The translations under genes were made by a program, and so were the position numbers. From Naegleria gruberi (lineage: Eukaryota): DNA of 64,000 bases. The DNA is taken from NCBI GenBank assembly GCA_000004985.1, contig GG738915.1. One strand, 5' to 3'. Shown here one piece after another: positions 9,788 through 20,312 of the stretch (the first letter of the stretch is position 1; the number at the start of each line of letters is the position of its first letter). The notes under the pieces are model-generated. The model was not told the DNA's origin. It searched no databases and saw only the letters and a list, made by a program, of their open reading frames with translations.

Positions 9788-10858
9788 ATGGCAGAACAAG
9801 TTAGGGTTGAGTTATTCGATTTTTCAACAACACCATCACAGCAAGGCTGGGAATTAAATAAATTTCTGCAAGAAAGGTTTCGTAAGAAGAAACCGACCGG
9901 AGCTTCATTTGCATATTCCACCTTTCGTAAAATTAATACTATTAGCACAAGAAGGTGGAAACGACGATTCATTGCCAACTCGTTTGCAATTTGCAAATCT
10001 TTAAATTGTATTCTCATGCTCTCATCAAACAACACGGTCTATGTTTATTCTCTCAAATCTAAAAGGTATCTGAATCGGTTTCCACTCTTTCCCTTTGGAT
10101 ATAATTTGGGAGGACCTCCACTACATTTTAAAGTGGTAGAACGAGAGCAAGATCCAAATAATCAGGCTCACATTATTGTACTACTTTCGGATAGTTTTAA
10201 TGGTAAATTGGAAATACATAAAATTAATTTGGACACATTGATGAAAGAACGAAGTCGTATGAAGAATAGAAATACCAGGATTTTAGATAGCTATGCTTCT
10301 AATTTGGTGTGGAAAATTGAGAAGAATATACCCAAGACAAATGGAACTGCCACAATGCTATTTGTTCCAAATAGAGAGTTTGAGAATGTTGAAAAGGGTG
10401 ACGCTGCTATATTGATCTATTTCACTAATCAAAAGAATATCCTAGATTGTTTTAGTTACAAGTATGGAAAACAACTGAGTTCTATAACTGTCCCTGATAC
10501 TATAAGTAGCTCAAGTACTGTATTACATTTAGCTGTCAGTGGATCTAATTTAATATTTTACAGGTATAACTCTGCTGATTTTGTGGATCAAAGAATGAAT
10601 GTAATACAGAGTTTGAAAACAAACATTATTTGCATTGGAAGCGCTGTCATCTATGAGCCAAATTCAAATGTGTTTATAACCCAGCAATCATCTAAAATTA
10701 TGGCATTTCAATATCGCGATGATAATCTCAGTGTTGTTGGATCACGCAAGTTGAGAGTAAAAGGTAAAACAATCGATTGGTCAATGATGCATTTCAATGA
10801 TTCCAATGGAGAGCTATTGGTTCTGCATCGTAATGAGAAATTATTAACATTCAAGTAA
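9788..10858 (+). CDS. hypothetical protein, 356 aa
   Basis: Clean ORF with an aaaaaATG context that starts only 50 nt after the stop of the previous gene. I recognise no domain. The sequence character could fit a beta-rich fold. Confidence 0.5.
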   Translation: MAEQVRVELFDFSTTPSQQGWELNKFLQERFRKKKPTGASFAYSTFRKINTISTRRWKRRFIANSFAICKSLNCILMLSSNNTVYVYSLKSKRYLNRFPLFPFGYNLGGPPLHFKVVEREQDPNNQAHIIVLLSDSFNGKLEIHKINLDTLMKERSRMKNRNTRILDSYASNLVWKIEKNIPKTNGTATMLFVPNREFENVEKGDAAILIYFTNQKNILDCFSYKYGKQLSSITVPDTISSSSTVLHLAVSGSNLIFYRYNSADFVDQRMNVIQSLKTNIICIGSAVIYEPNSNVFITQQSSKIMAFQYRDDNLSVVGSRKLRVKGKTIDWSMMHFNDSNGELLVLHRNEKLLTFK

Positions 10859-11400
10859 AATATTTCAAGGTGTCATTTCTTTAAATTGATTGAGTTAATA
10901 GATTAGGATTTCATTAATGTATCAAGGTATGGCACGGTGTTGAAAAACTTTGGTATATTGTTAAACAATGGCAATATTAAGCAGTGTTTGACGAGTTATT
11001 AATTTTGTGATCAGAAATACAAAGGTATCCAACAGTAGTTTGCATTAAATTAGTAAATTTATTAAATTTATGACACAAAAAGTGGAAAAACAGGAATCAT
11101 TTTCCCACATTCCATTCTCCTCATTGGTAGCATAGGTAATGCTTGCTAAAGAGCCACCATCTACACCCTTGGTAGATATTGTAATTCGGAATACATCCAT
11201 ATATAAACCTCCACTCAATTTAAAAACAACTGTTTGCGTCTTTGAGTGGCTTGAAAAATTATATAGATTTCGTTTGAGCAACCTATCACCGAATAACCCT
11301 CAATAGCATCCATTTTTTAACAATCAATGAAGAGTTCTTGAATAATTTTTTTTCACACAATCAAATAATGTAATTGAGGTATTATAAGGTTAAAAAATAT

Positions 11401-13173
11401 TTAGTTGTCGTCTACTGTACTCTCCTTTAACACAGCATCTTCAAAATTTTGGATTTGATGATCAATAAAGTGTTGAAAACGAGAACAGTCACTAACTTTC
11501 CATTCAATTTCATTCCATTTCGAAAGTAATTTAAACATCATGCTGGAGAAAGAGGATAGATCTTTAAGAATTTGAACTTTTTTCAATTTTGGTGGTTTAA
11601 ACTGTTGCAATAACTCAATATCTTTGTACGATGAAAATGTACATTCCAATGCAATTAAATTCTCATAGTTTTTACCCAATTCTTCAAAAAATTCTTTTGG
11701 AAATTCTCCAATTGTACAAATAATACTTAAATATTCCAAATTTCTCAGTACATCCAATTTAATAAAATCCATCAATTGCTCCTTTCCACTGATTACCACT
11801 GATAATCTCCTTAAATGTTTTAAATGTTCAATCTTTTCCAAATTTTGAGAGATATCTGAATTTGTAAACAGCGATTCCAAATTATTCAAACATTCATTAG
11901 AAAACATATTAAAATCTATATCTCCTAGGACTTTGATACGTAAATGCTTCAAATTTTTAACTAAGCTCAAATTACTCAAACTAAATGCCAAATCTTTGGT
12001 CGCATATAAATTAAATACTAATATTTCTAAATTTCTCAATGTATTATTACTGAAAAATTTTTCAGTGTCCTTAAATACTCTCGAAACTATTTTCAATATT
12101 TTCAGATTTGAAAAGTTATATTTCCATACATGATTAAGACAATAACTGGCTTGATCAGTGTCTTGTGAATAATCAATCCTTAAGTATTTTAAATTTAGAA
12201 TCATATCAGTGTCAACAACCTCATCATCTTGCTCACTTGCATCTATCATGTATGCTTTTAAAATTTCTAATGTTTTAATATTATTTAGAAGCATTATTAG
12301 TTGCTTTTCACCATCGAGCTGTATATCCAAAACTGAGAGGAGTTTCAAATTTAAAATCCGAGAAATATTACTAAATAGATCATCAATTCTCAATATTCTA
12401 AGACAGTCAGTATAATTATTGATAATTGGTGATAGTTTTTTCATAATATCATACTCCTCCATTGAAATATCTAAAAGTTTCAAATTATATAAATTTCTGT
12501 CTTTTAATTCTATTTTGTTATAACTAGTTTTAATTTTTATAAATTGTATGGTAGGTTTCTTGAAATGGAATGTGAAAGTTTTATCATTTTCCTCAAATAA
12601 CCTCTTAATGACAAGGTGTTTGATGTTTACACATTTGAGAATTAATTTTAATAGAGAATCGGGTTCATACTGAGAAAGTATTTCCAAATTTTCTATTTGA
12701 ATTAAATCACAGTTAGGTATTAGAGTAGATTTCCTTATCAATAAATTTTTAATAGTATTAATAACATTCCTAAATTGTTTTGAAACTGTCAAGTATTTAA
12801 AAATCTCAAAATCATAATTTAAATATGCAAATATGTTACATAATACATCATCACAAAATAATTCCGAACAGGTTTTGATTTGTTTGGTTTTCAACAGTTT
12901 ATCGTGATCCATATCTTGATCACTAATTTCCTCAAATTTGCGTTTGTTCTTATTTTCATCAGTGCTACTTCCATTTGATTTTAATTTACATAATTCAATT
13001 TCCAATTTTAATTCTTCCTGTCTTGCTTTTGCTTTGGCTTCTTCTTGAGTGAATTGTAATTTCAACTTCCACAATTCAAATATTTGCTCCGAAGAGAGTC
13101 CAAGCCTTTGACATTGTTCAATGAAACCATCAGAGTCCCCACCATCCTTTAACACAGCATTTTGTTGCGGCAT
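11401..13173 (-). CDS. F-box / leucine-rich-repeat protein with an N-terminal coiled coil
   Basis: F-box-like segment LFCDDVLCNIFAYLNYDFEIFKYLTVSKQFRNV. Many LRR-like units follow, such as NLKHLRIKVLGDI and LEYLSIICTIGEF. The ATG at 13171-13173 follows aaaaaATG in minus orientation. Confidence 0.7.
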   Translation of the reverse strand: MPQQNAVLKDGGDSDGFIEQCQRLGLSSEQIFELWKLKLQFTQEEAKAKARQEELKLEIELCKLKSNGSSTDENKNKRKFEEISDQDMDHDKLLKTKQIKTCSELFCDDVLCNIFAYLNYDFEIFKYLTVSKQFRNVINTIKNLLIRKSTLIPNCDLIQIENLEILSQYEPDSLLKLILKCVNIKHLVIKRLFEENDKTFTFHFKKPTIQFIKIKTSYNKIELKDRNLYNLKLLDISMEEYDIMKKLSPIINNYTDCLRILRIDDLFSNISRILNLKLLSVLDIQLDGEKQLIMLLNNIKTLEILKAYMIDASEQDDEVVDTDMILNLKYLRIDYSQDTDQASYCLNHVWKYNFSNLKILKIVSRVFKDTEKFFSNNTLRNLEILVFNLYATKDLAFSLSNLSLVKNLKHLRIKVLGDIDFNMFSNECLNNLESLFTNSDISQNLEKIEHLKHLRRLSVVISGKEQLMDFIKLDVLRNLEYLSIICTIGEFPKEFFEELGKNYENLIALECTFSSYKDIELLQQFKPPKLKKVQILKDLSSFSSMMFKLLSKWNEIEWKVSDCSRFQHFIDHQIQNFEDAVLKESTVDDN

Positions 13174-13549
13174 TTTTTGGTATCTTTACGATACTAAAAA
13201 TTTTCAAGCTTACAGTTTTGCTTGTGGTAAAACATGTTTTACCTGATGAATGTAGTCTCCAATTTTGAAGGATGATAGAATGGAGAGACATTCAAACAGG
13301 TTTCTCTCCGGCTTATTGATAAATATCGAGCAAATGAATTAATTAAGGGTTTTACTAAGGCACTTTATGCTCACTTGTTGTAAATTGGACAAGATTGTGG
13401 AAAATATCAATGATCAATCTCTGAATTGAATGCAACTACCCAGGTTAAAAAATAATATTATTGGGGTAATAAGCTTCCTTCTTAGAAGAATTGGCCCAAT
13501 AACTTTTCCCACCAAAATTAGAGTTTGAAATTGTAATATTTAAAAAAAA

Positions 13550-15531
13550 ATGAAAATAACGCTCGGTTTCAAACCAGGCGTTTTTAATGCTCTTGTTCAA
13601 GTGCCTGATCTTTTCAGTGTTATTCTTCAATATTTGGATTGTTCCTCATTGTTTGCCCTAACGATGGTGAATAAGAAATTATTTGGATTATTTGATGAGA
13701 GTAAAATTGATGAATTGGTTCAATCATCATCGGAAGAGGTGTTGAACGTTGTGACAATTGATCCTAATTTATGGTTGAATTTGGTTTCATACTATGAAGA
13801 AAGGTTGAGAAAATTAAAATTGGAGTTTAATTCTAACGATTTGTAAGTTGGCTTATCAAGTAGTTGAATATTTACTTGTTTTCTAAAAGCTATCGATACT
13901 ATCCAATGAACGTAAATTTTCAAGAATATATTGAGCTTGTGAAGCCAAAAACAACAGAGAAGGAAAATGTAAAAACTAGCAGTATTAGAGAAATACTTGA
14001 AATTATTGTTGACTGTAGGAAAAAATTGAAAAGGTTGTACTCTGATTGTTGGAAACAAAAGAAACCTGAAGAATATGGTGTTGAGTTTTCCAAGAGTGGA
14101 AGATCTAGTTGTAAAACTTGTTTTAAGCCAATTCCATACGGAGTTCTCAGAGGCTATCAGGACAACCACGAAAACTATTACAAAGCTCATGAATGTCACC
14201 ATTTGACTTGCTTTTATAAAATACTATTGACTGAAAATGTACGTGAAGAAGATGTGAAATATGAAGAGGAGAAACAAAAAGCAGCCATTTCCAAGCTTTA
14301 TGAGTTTATAGCAAAGGAGAAAAAATTAATACAGAAATCAAAGTGGCAATGCACCACTTGTGATGGATGTAATGTACTATTGAATGGAGATGCATACATG
14401 TCAGCAGAAAAAGGAAAGATGGATCTATGTGCAAAGTGCTATGTCACTAACGATGAGCTGGTTTCTGGAAAAAGTGAGAAGGGGCCTTTTGTCCCTACCC
14501 CTCCTTTAAAACCTTTCCAAAAATGTAGATATTGTAAGGAACAGATCAAAAGGGTCTTATTTAATTGTCATCAATGTAATATTGGCTTTTGTGGAGAGTG
14601 TTTAAAATCCTTAAGGTGGTTTGATCACAAAAAACACTTTATTAATGTAATTGGAAATGCTCTTGATGATGAAATGAAATGTTTAACTGCTGACTTCAAA
14701 CCTGAAGATGCTAAACCATTACCAGTGAGTGCTTATGAAAGGTTTTCTGTTCTGGATTTGATGGAAGAATTTTTAGGAGAATCTAAAAGGGATGCAGGTC
14801 AACCAACTCCTTCTGAAAGATTCACAGCTACCCCCAACAAGAAAACAGATCTATCAGGGATAAAGTCACAAAAAACTGCAACAATTACAAAACCAAGTAA
14901 TAACGAATCTAACCACTCTTCTAAAACCAACACTCAACCAAAGAAGCCAGAAAGTACAAAACCAACAACCGAAAAACAAGTTCAAAGCAACTTGAAACTC
15001 TCCAAATCGCAACAAGCTAGTTCCAAGACAATCCCTCAGAAGTCTTCTGTTCAACAAACTCTTTCATCAACAACTTCTAAAAAAAGAGTTTTAATTGAAT
15101 TGAGCTCTGATGAAGAATCAGAAGATGAAATCGATCTAAAGAAATTAGAGGCAACTACAGGATCTAATGAGATTCCAAAATTAAAACCTGAAGTAGTTAT
15201 TGCCTCAAAAGTTGAACCAGCCAAGAAGAAATCAAAACAAGAGAAATCCAAGAAGAAAGAAAGCAAGGAAAAAACAAAAAAGAAAAAACCAAAGAAAGAA
15301 GAAAACAGTGATGAAGAGAATGACGAAATCTACCTTGTGGAAAAGCTGTTGGATAGAAAAATAGTGCATGGAAAGCCATACTATCTAGTAAAGTGGGAAG
15401 GTTATCCCAACTCAGATAACTCGTGGGAACCAAACAACAATATTTCACCAGATCTAATTGAAGATTTTGAGGAGGAATTTGAGAAAAACAAGCCACGAGT
15501 AGCAAGCAAGACGAAGAAGAGAAAAATATAG
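13550..15531 (+). CDS. F-box + ZZ-type zinc-finger + C-terminal chromodomain protein, two exons
   Basis: Exon 1 (13550-13842) encodes an F-box, VPDLFSVILQYLDCSSLFALTMVNKKL. A GTAAGT donor sits at 13843-13848 and an AG acceptor at 13888-13889, giving a 47-nt intron that preserves phase. Exon 2 (13890-15531) carries Cys-rich ZZ-like motifs, CTTCDGCNVLLNGDAYMSAEKGKMDLCAKCY and CRYCKEQIKRVLFNCHQCNIGFCGEC, then a Lys-rich acidic/basic tract. The chromodomain is EIYLVEKLLDRKIVHGKPYYLVKWEGYPNSDNSWEPNNNISPDLIEDFEEEF. Confidence 0.65.
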
Positions 15532-15744
15532 AGACACCATATTAAGAATAACACCAGGAACATTACAATTTGGAAGTTAAAACTCAGAAAATTTAACCAT
15601 TACGAAATTAAATTTCAGGAATGCAGTATTACAAAAGAGTAACTTCAAATTATAGATAATGAAATATTTGAAAACACATACTGTAATTGTAACATGCGCA
15701 TCAATCTCGAATGAACCCACCATTATTGACATTTTACAAAAAAA

Positions 15745-16914
15745 ATGATTCTCTCCTTCCTTCATCTAATCACCTGGTTTACTTTTCGCACATTAGTTCT
15801 ACTCTTCTCCATCTATCGTTTCATTATACAACTCTACAGAAAATATTACCATCATAGGGATGAGAAAAATCACCATGATGGAAAAGAAGCATCTAACGAA
15901 ACAATATTATGGAACAAGTTGATGAAGGTTGGACTAAAAATTAATCATACTAGCGTGGCCAAGTTTAGAGAGGCTTCTAGAAAGCAAATACCTGTCTTGT
16001 ATCCTAAATTGGAAGACACTTTGTTTGGCTGTGCAACAAAAGTGGAAAAGATTGAAAAATTGAGAGATTCACATTGGATTACAATGAAAGGTTGTAAAGA
16101 AATGAAAAAAGTCATGCTCTTTATTCATGGAGGTGGCTTCATATCTGGCTCTTCTTTAGGACTTGATCTTCAATCAACAGTCTATGGTATTAAAGATTTC
16201 AATAAGAAACATAAGAATAATGAAAATTTGATTAGCCATGTATTATCTGTTGAATACAGATTGGCAGAGGATCCTAAGTTCTACGAAACCATGGACAAGA
16301 GAACACTTACATCGAATCTCAGTGATCAATTAGAAGACTGCTTTGATTGTTTCAAATATTTAATTGAGGAAAAGAACGTACCAGCTAAGGATATTATAAT
16401 TTCTGGTTTCTCTGCTGGTGCATGTCATTCTGCATTGTTGGTTTTGAAAAAATTGATGAACAGCCAGTCTTGGCCCCTTCATTCGGTTGCACTATTTTCA
16501 GCTCCTTGTGATTTATCAAATGCTGTAATTAAAGCTGACAAGTGGAAGGAAGAAAACGTTTTGATCTTGAATCAGGGACTTGTTAATTTGATTAATAGAT
16601 GTATTCCAATTGAGGAAAAGAAGAATTATTCAATTCTTCAAACAATGTTGGAAATGGAGAAACAAGATGAATCATTTTATAACAAATTACTTCAAACCAA
16701 ATGGGTAATCAACTATAGTAATCACGAAGAGCTAACCCCTGGAAATGAATACTTGTCTCAATTACTAGAATCTAAATCTCATCAAATTAATCCAAGACAA
16801 GTGGCTGTTGTTACAGAAAATCATCAAATGCATTGTTATCCAATTGCACAATATATATTATCTGAAGGAAACCGATCTATGGAAAAGGTATTGTTAGAGG
16901 CAATAAATCTCTAA
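15745..16914 (+). CDS. alpha/beta-hydrolase fold esterase/lipase of the HSL / arylacetamide-deacetylase type
   Basis: HGGGF oxyanion-hole motif in VMLFIHGGGFISGSS. GxSxG nucleophile elbow GFSAGA. The N-terminal region is hydrophobic. The ATG follows aaaaaaaATG. Confidence 0.75.
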   Translation: MILSFLHLITWFTFRTLVLLFSIYRFIIQLYRKYYHHRDEKNHHDGKEASNETILWNKLMKVGLKINHTSVAKFREASRKQIPVLYPKLEDTLFGCATKVEKIEKLRDSHWITMKGCKEMKKVMLFIHGGGFISGSSLGLDLQSTVYGIKDFNKKHKNNENLISHVLSVEYRLAEDPKFYETMDKRTLTSNLSDQLEDCFDCFKYLIEEKNVPAKDIIISGFSAGACHSALLVLKKLMNSQSWPLHSVALFSAPCDLSNAVIKADKWKEENVLILNQGLVNLINRCIPIEEKKNYSILQTMLEMEKQDESFYNKLLQTKWVINYSNHEELTPGNEYLSQLLESKSHQINPRQVAVVTENHQMHCYPIAQYILSEGNRSMEKVLLEAINL

Positions 16915-16997
16915 CTCTTTAGTCCAAAACAACATTATCTCCACAAGATTTTGACATTTACCACATCAAGATTGTAACTAACATTGAAAAAAACAGA

Positions 16998-18202
16998 ATG
17001 GTGGGATTGAATGGAACGAATACAACTATTGTAGCCGAAACATCTAGGGAAGAGTTTGGACCATTTCAGTACATGATTTTCGGGGTCAATATTCCCTTTC
17101 TGATAATATATTCAATTCTATTTAGTGCTACCTTGATTAGTTTGATATTTAGTGTAAAGAAACAAGATAAGACGAAACGGAAAACCTTCTACATCCTTAT
17201 ACTTGTTCTGTCCTTGCTGTTTGCAGTCATTTTGAATTTACTTACAAGAATTGGTTCCGAACTTTGCTATTTCGAAACTGATCCGGATAGACTTGAACGA
17301 ATATATGGACTGGTAAAGGCTATTGACAGAACCATGATAGGATTTACAATGTCTATGGAACTTTTATTAATTGATTACATGTCTTTTCTATTGTAAGTAC
17401 TTAGAATACTTTCCATTTTATGATGATTAGTTTGGAAACAACTTGGAAAGTGAGCCATTTCATCTAAGCATTTCAAAATTGCTAAGTTTATAACTTTTGG
17501 ATTGGCTTTGGTTGTTTTGATTTGTTTAATGTTTCTTCTGAGTGGATTTTTAGTATTAGGAGGTTTCTTTTACGTTTATGGAAATCTTGGGATATTGAAT
17601 ACGATACTGACTTGTCTATTTACTGCCTCTGCTATATTGGTAGGGGTTGCTTCCAGTATGCTCCTGATAAACACTCATGTAGGTTTCTAATTATTTAAAA
17701 TTTGAACAAAATCAATTAGTATTGTGGGAAATTAATGCTGAAAACACTTGTTAATGGAAGAAAACAAGCCATGACACTTTCCTCATCTCCACCACAATTG
17801 AAAGAAAGTTATGATTTGAAAACAAGAGCCCTCAAGAAAGTGTGGAGTATCATTATTGTAGTTACACTAACTTCTGTTTTTCAGATTATTGGATTTATTT
17901 TCACTCCATTATCAATGGTGGATCATTTTATGATGAGTGGATTTCATATATGTTACAATATATCAATAATGGTCCTTGTAGTTCTGTATTTATATTTATA
18001 TGGACCTGTGAAGGAATTTCAACAATTATTCGAAAAGAGAGATTCAAAAGATTTGACAACCATTGTGACTGCATTCGATTCAACAGGATCTGAACGGATT
18101 CAGAAAGGATTAACCTTATCACATGTTTCGCCTGTGTCTCCTACCGATAGTGAAATAACCTCCAGGCAGGAATTGTTTCAGATAACAAATTCTAGGATAT
18201 AA
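16998..18202 (+). CDS. seven-transmembrane receptor-like (GPCR-like) protein, three exons
   Basis: Exon 1 is 16998-17392, with GTAAGT at 17393. Exon 2 is 17543-17678, with acceptor tttcttctgAG at 17541-42 and donor GTAGGT at 17679. Exon 3 is 17720-18202, with acceptor at 17718-19. Phases are consistent. The joined protein has seven hydrophobic helices, a charged third intracellular loop (KLMLKTLVNGRKQAMTLSSSPPQLKESYDLKTRALKK), and an S/T-rich C-terminal tail. Confidence 0.55.
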
Positions 18203-19004
18203 CAAAATACTTTATTAAGACATGCTGAATAACTTTAAATCTGAATTATTATTAATATTAATATTCAATTCATTATGTTGCATAACAGTACTTTGCAACA
18301 TTATGATGGAAACTTAAGTTGGAGCAGATTACAATAGTGGAATGATAAGACAAGATATCGTACTCAATACGTAAAGCTTCATAAATTAGAAAGGTGAAAA
18401 TAGACTTCAATTCTTCCACTATCCTTCTAATTATCCAATCACGACTTGAAAAAATCAAAAAAATGAAAACACTCATCAAGGTACGATTTTTTCTTTTTCA
18501 AAATGATGATTAAATATTATCTTTATGTCGGAATGGAAAATTCAAACTCTTATTTTCATAATTTTAATGTATTTAATATATTGATAGATTAAATATTTTC
18601 CTCCTGTCATTGTTGTCTTGACAGCAATTTCTCTCCTATTTTGTATAGTTTTGAGCTTGTTAACAGCACCAGATAGTGTTTCTAAACATTTGCCTGCCCT
18701 GAGTGAAACAGGAATATTTCCTCCGACAAAATATATTTTCACAGCATCCCTTGTGATACCATCCATATGTTTAATAGTTGGAGCAATTTTGCAATTTATT
18801 ACAACAAAGGAAAAATTAACCTCATTGGATCATCAACGACACACTTTAAATTATTGTAATGGATGTTTTAGAATGGGATGGTTGAGTATTGCATCCTGTA
18901 TTTTTGCTTTGATTTCAGGATTTTGTTTACTTGGACTTGGAATTGTGCCAATTATGGGAGGAGAAGTTATTGATGATAGTTTACTTTCGAATTCTACTAC
19001 CTCT
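17534..19004. repeat. segmental duplication, copy A (7TM gene exons 2-3, the intergenic spacer, and most of the DRAM-like gene)
   Basis: Near-identical to 33700-35285, which lies at an offset of 16166-16281 nt. There are a few SNPs, including one amino-acid change from K to Q at the start of exon 3. An indel of about 107 nt lies in the spacer between the genes, and an indel of about 12 nt lies in intron 1 of the DRAM-like gene. Confidence 0.85.
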
Positions 19005-19649
19005 ACTACTGTATCTTTTATAACTAGTTCTACTAGTCAACAGTCAGCAGAATCAATTGAAATTCTTCCATATACCATCATTCACTTGATATTTACATTC
19101 TTCTTCATGTCAACTGTGTTTATTCACATGGTACTCAATACCATTTTCAATGTAGTAAGTGCAATTATAGTAATTATTTATTAAGCGGAATGCATCACCA
19201 ATTCATTTAATATCCAGTTATATGATAAGAAAATTTCTCCAAAAAAGAAAATTCTCAATCCTTGGGTTATTGTAAAAATTGTCAGTTCATGCTCATTCTT
19301 GGTTGTGGGGCCAATCTTTAGTTTTATTATGGGAATTTTAGTTACAGTCACATGTTCTCAAACTGAGGTTATTAACAAGACTTGTCCACTCATGAATTTA
19401 TTCCAATTATTCCTTGGAGCTCTATCTCAATACAGTATTGTTGCCTCAATTTTAGTTTTCATGCTCACTTACATGTATGATTTCAAAGATGCATCCATCA
19501 GTATTAATGCTGAAGATCCAAGAAATGATATTCAAGAGAGGTTATCAGGACTTTCCTTAGAAAAGGATTTTGAATTGGAAGAGGACGATCTTGGAGCAGG
19601 AGACACCAACAGATTACACACTCTTGAGGATGAAGACGAATTTAATTAA
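18463..19649 (+). CDS. Frag1/DRAM/Sfk1-family-like six-TM membrane protein with an acidic C-terminal tail, three exons
   Basis: A tiny first exon, ATG AAA ACA CTC ATC AAG (18463-18480), is followed by GTACGA. Exon 2 is 18588-19154, with acceptor gatAG at 18586-87 and donor GTAAGT at 19155. Exon 3 is 19218-19649, with acceptor atccAG at 19216-17. The N-terminal motif HLPALSETGIFPPTKYIF resembles the DRAM/Frag1 signature (P.ISDTG..PP...IF). About six TM helices are predicted. The C-terminus is EEDDLGAGDTNRLHTLEDEDEFN. Confidence 0.5.
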
Positions 19650-20312
19650 GCAATTAATCATTCCATTAAAACGACAAGGAATTATGAAACTGGTTCATTA
19701 ACATTTTTGGCAACTGAGAAGACATTATTGGCCACCATAATAATTGTAATCCTTTGTCATTTTAATGAAATTGATGACCAATAGTATGTTTCTATCTTGT
19801 TACTTACTAAATTTCCTTGTTTCTTGTCAATACCTTTCAAATAAAGAACGCAAACGTACAGATCTCATACTTCCAATTCGTTGTAACGTTCATCAGGTGA
19901 AGTGATGAACAAGAACAACAACAAAATAATCGTTGCAATTACAATTTCAAAAAACAATCCTACACAACTCAACTGAAACCAATTCCTTTTTGATAATTTT
20001 ATTATTATCACAACAACATTAGATTCAGTAGTTTTTGAAGATAATACCTATCCTAAGGAATAGCATCATTCGTTTGAGCGCACAAAACTTCAACCAGTCC
20101 ATCACTTCTTGTCCGTCTCACCAATATCTTACTCACCACCTTATCACACAAAATATCGTACTCGACAATACAATAATAACATCCGCACAATAGCAGCGGC
20201 TGTTCTTTAGGTGTATATTAAAATATTCTTCCTTCATCATTTCTAACGGCCTGATTAACAACAAAACAACATACGAGACAAGTACATCAAGCAAAATTTA
20301 TTTTAAAAAAAA

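Noticed and set aside
11045-11281. A 78-aa minus-strand ORF between the hypothetical gene and the F-box/LRR gene. A nearby ATG at 11312-11314 sits in an A-run context.
   Set aside because: The ATG is in a different frame from the ORF, and the ATG frame stops after 33 codons. No consistent exon model could be built, so it is left unannotated.
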